Shown: in pieces, positions 61,126 to 64,000 of the stretch
Layout of the letters: every line of letters begins with the position of its first letter
Numbering within the stretch: position 1 is the first letter of the stretch
Source of the DNA: Trueperaceae bacterium
GTDB taxonomy: Bacteria; Deinococcota; Deinococci; Deinococcales; Trueperaceae
DNA length: 64,000 bases
Assembly: GCA_034520945.1 (NCBI GenBank)
Contig: JAXHNB010000006.1
Span: 224,001 to 288,000 of the forward strand
Direction: 5' to 3'
Program-made: the position numbers and the translations under genes
The notes under the pieces: model-generated
What the model was told of the DNA's origin: nothing
Databases searched by the model: none
The model's input: the letters and a program-made list of their open reading frames with translations, nothing else

Positions 61126-62408
61126 GAGGGGTCCCTGGCGTGGTGCCTCCGGTGCGGCGGCGACGCGAACACGAAGAACAGCGACGCGGTGGCCACCATG
61201 CCGGCCAGCACCGTGAACGCCAACCGGTAGTCGCCCAGCGCATCGGCCAGCGCGCCGGCCAGCAGCGGCCCGACCATCTGCCCGACCATGACGAACGAGA
61301 AGCTGATTCCCATGATGGTCGCGAACGAGCCCCGACCGAAGTAGTCCGCGCGGAGGGCCTGCATGATGGGGCCCCGCGTGCCCCATGCCAGGCCGTGCAC
61401 CACGGCGAAAAACCATACCCAGGCCATGTTCGTCGCGAACGCCACGGCCAGCAGCGCCACCGCGTGCGCCAGCATCGCGGCGGTGGCGATGGTGCGTTTG
61501 GGGAAGCGGTCGCCCAGGAAGCCGCCCAGCAGCTGGCCCACCATGGTGGCGCCGGTCATCAACGCCACCACCAGCGCCGCGGTCTGAATGGTGTAGCCCA
61601 GCCCTTCGTTCAGGTGCACGACCAGGTGGACGGTCACGGCCGCGACGAGCGTCACCGCCAGCGAATGCCCGGCCGTGATGAACCAGAACGCCCGCGTGCG
61701 CAGCGCCTCTCGGGCGCGGAAGTCGGGTTCGGCGGCCTCGTGGGCACGGGCCTTGGCCGCTGCGGCCTCATCGTCCGGCGGCGGGTCGCCGTCCGGTCTC
61801 AGCCCGTACGCTTCGGGGCTGCTGCGCATCAGGCCGCTGAGCGGCAGGCCCGCCACCAGCACGGCGGCGGCAGAGATCAGGGCCGTGGCGCGCCACCCCT
61901 GGGTGGTGAGCAGCCACGCGACCAGGGGGACGGCCAACCCACCGACGCTGATGCCGAGCTGCATCAACGCCAGCGCCGAGGAACGGCGTCGCTCGAACCA
62001 GTTCACGATGGTGGTGGTGAGGGACAGGAACCCGCTGAGCCCGACGCCCAACGCGACCACCAGGAACGACAGGTAGAACTGGAGCTGCGTCTCGAACCGG
62101 CTCAACAACGCCAGACCGAGCGCCAGCACCACCAGGCCCACGCGGATCACCAGCTTCGGTCCCAGCCGCTTCAGCAGCCAGCCCTGCATGGGGCTCAGGA
62201 TCGCCATCACCCCCCGCTGGAGGGCGAACGCCCATGCGAAGGCGGTTTTGCTCCACCCGAACTCGGCCTGCCACACCGCGACGTAGGTTCCGTACGCCTG
62301 CATCACCAGGCCCGCCACCAGGATCTGAATCCCGATGGTGCCGGCCACGATCCACCACCCGAAGTAGGCGTGGCTGGCCCCGACCCGCAACCTGTGCAGC
62401 GTGTTCAA
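61122..62408 (-). CDS. MFS transporter
   Basis: YFGWWIV, WFERRRS, LRADYFGR; about 12 TM segments. Confidence 0.9.
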   Translation of the reverse strand: MNTLHRLRVGASHAYFGWWIVAGTIGIQILVAGLVMQAYGTYVAVWQAEFGWSKTAFAWAFALQRGVMAILSPMQGWLLKRLGPKLVIRVGLVVLALGLALLSRFETQLQFYLSFLVVALGVGLSGFLSLTTTIVNWFERRRSSALALMQLGISVGGLAVPLVAWLLTTQGWRATALISAAAVLVAGLPLSGLMRSSPEAYGLRPDGDPPPDDEAAAAKARAHEAAEPDFRAREALRTRAFWFITAGHSLAVTLVAAVTVHLVVHLNEGLGYTIQTAALVVALMTGATMVGQLLGGFLGDRFPKRTIATAAMLAHAVALLAVAFATNMAWVWFFAVVHGLAWGTRGPIMQALRADYFGRGSFATIMGISFSFVMVGQMVGPLLAGALADALGDYRLAFTVLAGMVATASLFFVFASPPHRRHHARDPS

Positions 62409-62740
62409 CGGACCTCGCTTTCGTGCACCATCAAGGCGGCGTACCCGACGGGGTCGGGCGGCGGCAAGACGTCAGTGTACCCCCAGAACGTCGCTGCGCG
62501 GGCCGCGGGGTTCTCGTCCAGGAACGCCTGATTGGCGGTCACGCGAATGTCGTTGGCGCTGAAGCCGAGCCTCACGGGGTCGGTGACGGCGAGGTAGAAG
62601 ATGGGCGGCGCCAGCGTACGGGCGGGTTGGGCGAAGGCCGCGGATGCGACGTACAAGAAAACGGCCCGACCTGCGAGGCCCCCCAGGCGTGACGCCCGAG
62701 CGGTGCGATGACGCATCAACCGATTCATGGGCATGGACAT
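62405..62740 (-). pseudogene. Short remnant resembling fragments of a glycine betaine/proline ABC substrate-binding protein (ProX-like)
   Basis: Signal peptide, then PPIFYLAV joined to TDPVRLGFSANDIRVTANQAFLDENPAAR; only 111 aa. Confidence 0.5.
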
Positions 62741-63024
62741 GCGAAACTCTTCCTCGCCCAAAGCCAGCATGGGTGCGAAGGGGGGCGGACGTAGACATGA
62801 TGTCTGCATGTGGGGTAGGCGCCGTGTCATCCCGGTCGTCCCTGGCGGGGCGGCTTGTGGTAATGAGTCGGTGGGGCGCCCCCGCGCGTGCAGGGGGGAG
62901 TAGGCGTGCACGGGGGAAGTCGTTGCGTACGGACCGGGCAAGCTGGACGGCCCCACGCCCTGGCCGTTGCCCGTACAATGGCGGCACGCCGCCCGCGCTA
63001 CGTGACCCGCGAGAGGAGCCGCCG

Positions 63025-63468
63025 ATGGAGGCCAGCAAGTCGGTTCGCCAGTTGTTGACGGACAAGGGGGGCGAGGTCCGAACCATCGCCCCGGACGCCA
63101 CCGTGTTCGAGGCACTCGAGAAGATGGCAGCGCACGACATCGGAGCCCTGATCGTGAGCGAGGGCAGCCGCGTGGTCGGCATCTTCTCCGAGCGCGACTA
63201 CGCGCGCAAGGTCATCCTGCACGGCAAAGCGTCGCGCGACACGCCCGTCCGCGACATCATGACGTCCCGCTTGATCGACGTGACGCCGGAAAAGCGCATG
63301 GAGGACTGCATGCGCCTGATGACGGAGCATCGCATCCGCCACCTCCCGGTGATGGACGACGGACGCCTGGTCGGCGTGGTCTCGATCGGCGACGTCGTCA
63401 AGGCGGTGATGGCCGAGCAGCGGTTCCTGATCGAACAGCTGGAGAGCTACATTCGCGGTGCGAGGTAG
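63025..63468 (+). CDS. CBS domain pair protein
   Basis: DIGALIV...GIFSERDYARKV, RIRHLPV...VSIGDVVK. Confidence 0.92.
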   Translation: MEASKSVRQLLTDKGGEVRTIAPDATVFEALEKMAAHDIGALIVSEGSRVVGIFSERDYARKVILHGKASRDTPVRDIMTSRLIDVTPEKRMEDCMRLMTEHRIRHLPVMDDGRLVGVVSIGDVVKAVMAEQRFLIEQLESYIRGAR

Positions 63469-63543
63469 GTCGGCAGGGCCGGCGCTGTGGCCCGCGCTGC
63501 GCGAAGGCGCCGCCGCCTTGCCGCACAGGAGAGGAGCGATGAG

Positions 63544-64000
63544 ATGAGCGACCCGAACGCCTCGGCCAGCGGCACGTTCGCCATCGGGGGCGATCTCGAG
63601 GTTCATCGCCTGGGCTTCGGGGCGATGCGCGTCACCGGCCCCGGTATCTGGGGGCCGCCCGAGGACCCGGCCGAGGCGCGGCGCGTCCTGGCGCGCCTGC
63701 CGGAGCTCGGCGCGAACCTGGTGGACACGGCCGACGCCTACGGCCCGTTCGTGAGCGAGGACCTGATCCGCGAGGTGCTGCATCCCTATCCCGGCACCGT
63801 GATCGCCACCAAGGGCGGCCTGACGCGCCACGGGCCGGACGTCTGGAAGCCCGTCGGCCGGCCGGAGTACCTGCGGCAGTGCGTGTTGATGAGCCTGCGC
63901 CGCCTCAACGTGGACCGCATCGATCTGTGGCAGCTGCACCGCATCGATCCCGCCGTGCCGCGCGACGAGCAGTTCGACCTGCTCCGCGCCGTCCAGGACG
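63544..64000 (+). CDS. Aldo/keto reductase, partial (runs off window end)
   Basis: Manual translation: [37 protein letters not shown]. Confidence 0.92.
   Translation, partial: MSDPNASASGTFAIGGDLEVHRLGFGAMRVTGPGIWGPPEDPAEARRVLARLPELGANLVDTADAYGPFVSEDLIREVLHPYPGTVIATKGGLTRHGPDVWKPVGRPEYLRQCVLMSLRRLNVDRIDLWQLHRIDPAVPRDEQFDLLRAVQD

Noticed and set aside
63527..63547. Mini-ORF ATG-AGA-TGA overlapping the aldo/keto reductase start
   Set aside because: Explained by a short GATGA duplication; the SD spacing fits ATG 63544

Overview
High-GC bacterial chromosomal segment, most likely Deinococcota (Truepera-like). This is inferred from a Thermus/Deinococcus-type sigma-70 C-terminus ([17 protein letters not shown]), a yojF-bshB2 bacillithiol pair and pervasive leaderless gene starts. 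About 62 CDS are supported. Transport: a Ni/Co ECF operon, H+-pyrophosphatase, a MarR/2xTolC/MFP/RND efflux operon, MFS transporters, arsR-arsP and a Kv-like channel. Metabolism and repair: kbl-tdh, a GNAT/flippase/GT4 cluster, pgm, polX, nirK-nirV-SCO, surE. Regulation and stress: vapBC, a GntR-FAH-TauE cluster, an RpoD-like sigma factor, three universal stress proteins beside a NarL-type two-component system, cidA-lrgB, a BTAD-NB-ARC-TPR regulator and an OmpR-type system. Also DUF4139 and an orphan PIN-like protein. No rRNA, tRNA, CRISPR array, integrase or transposase was recognised. Most notable unexplained signals: (1) an antisense two-hairpin sRNA candidate with C-rich loops and a U8 tail inside the USP / Cys-sensor kinase locus, sharing an upstream motif with the USP promoters; (2) two ABC-transporter remnants apparently collapsed by several in-frame deletions; (3) a ~150-nt structured RNA candidate between vapC and the GNAT gene; (4) a GT4 gene whose conserved N-terminus has no in-frame start codon. 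All family calls are by motif recognition; no searches were run.
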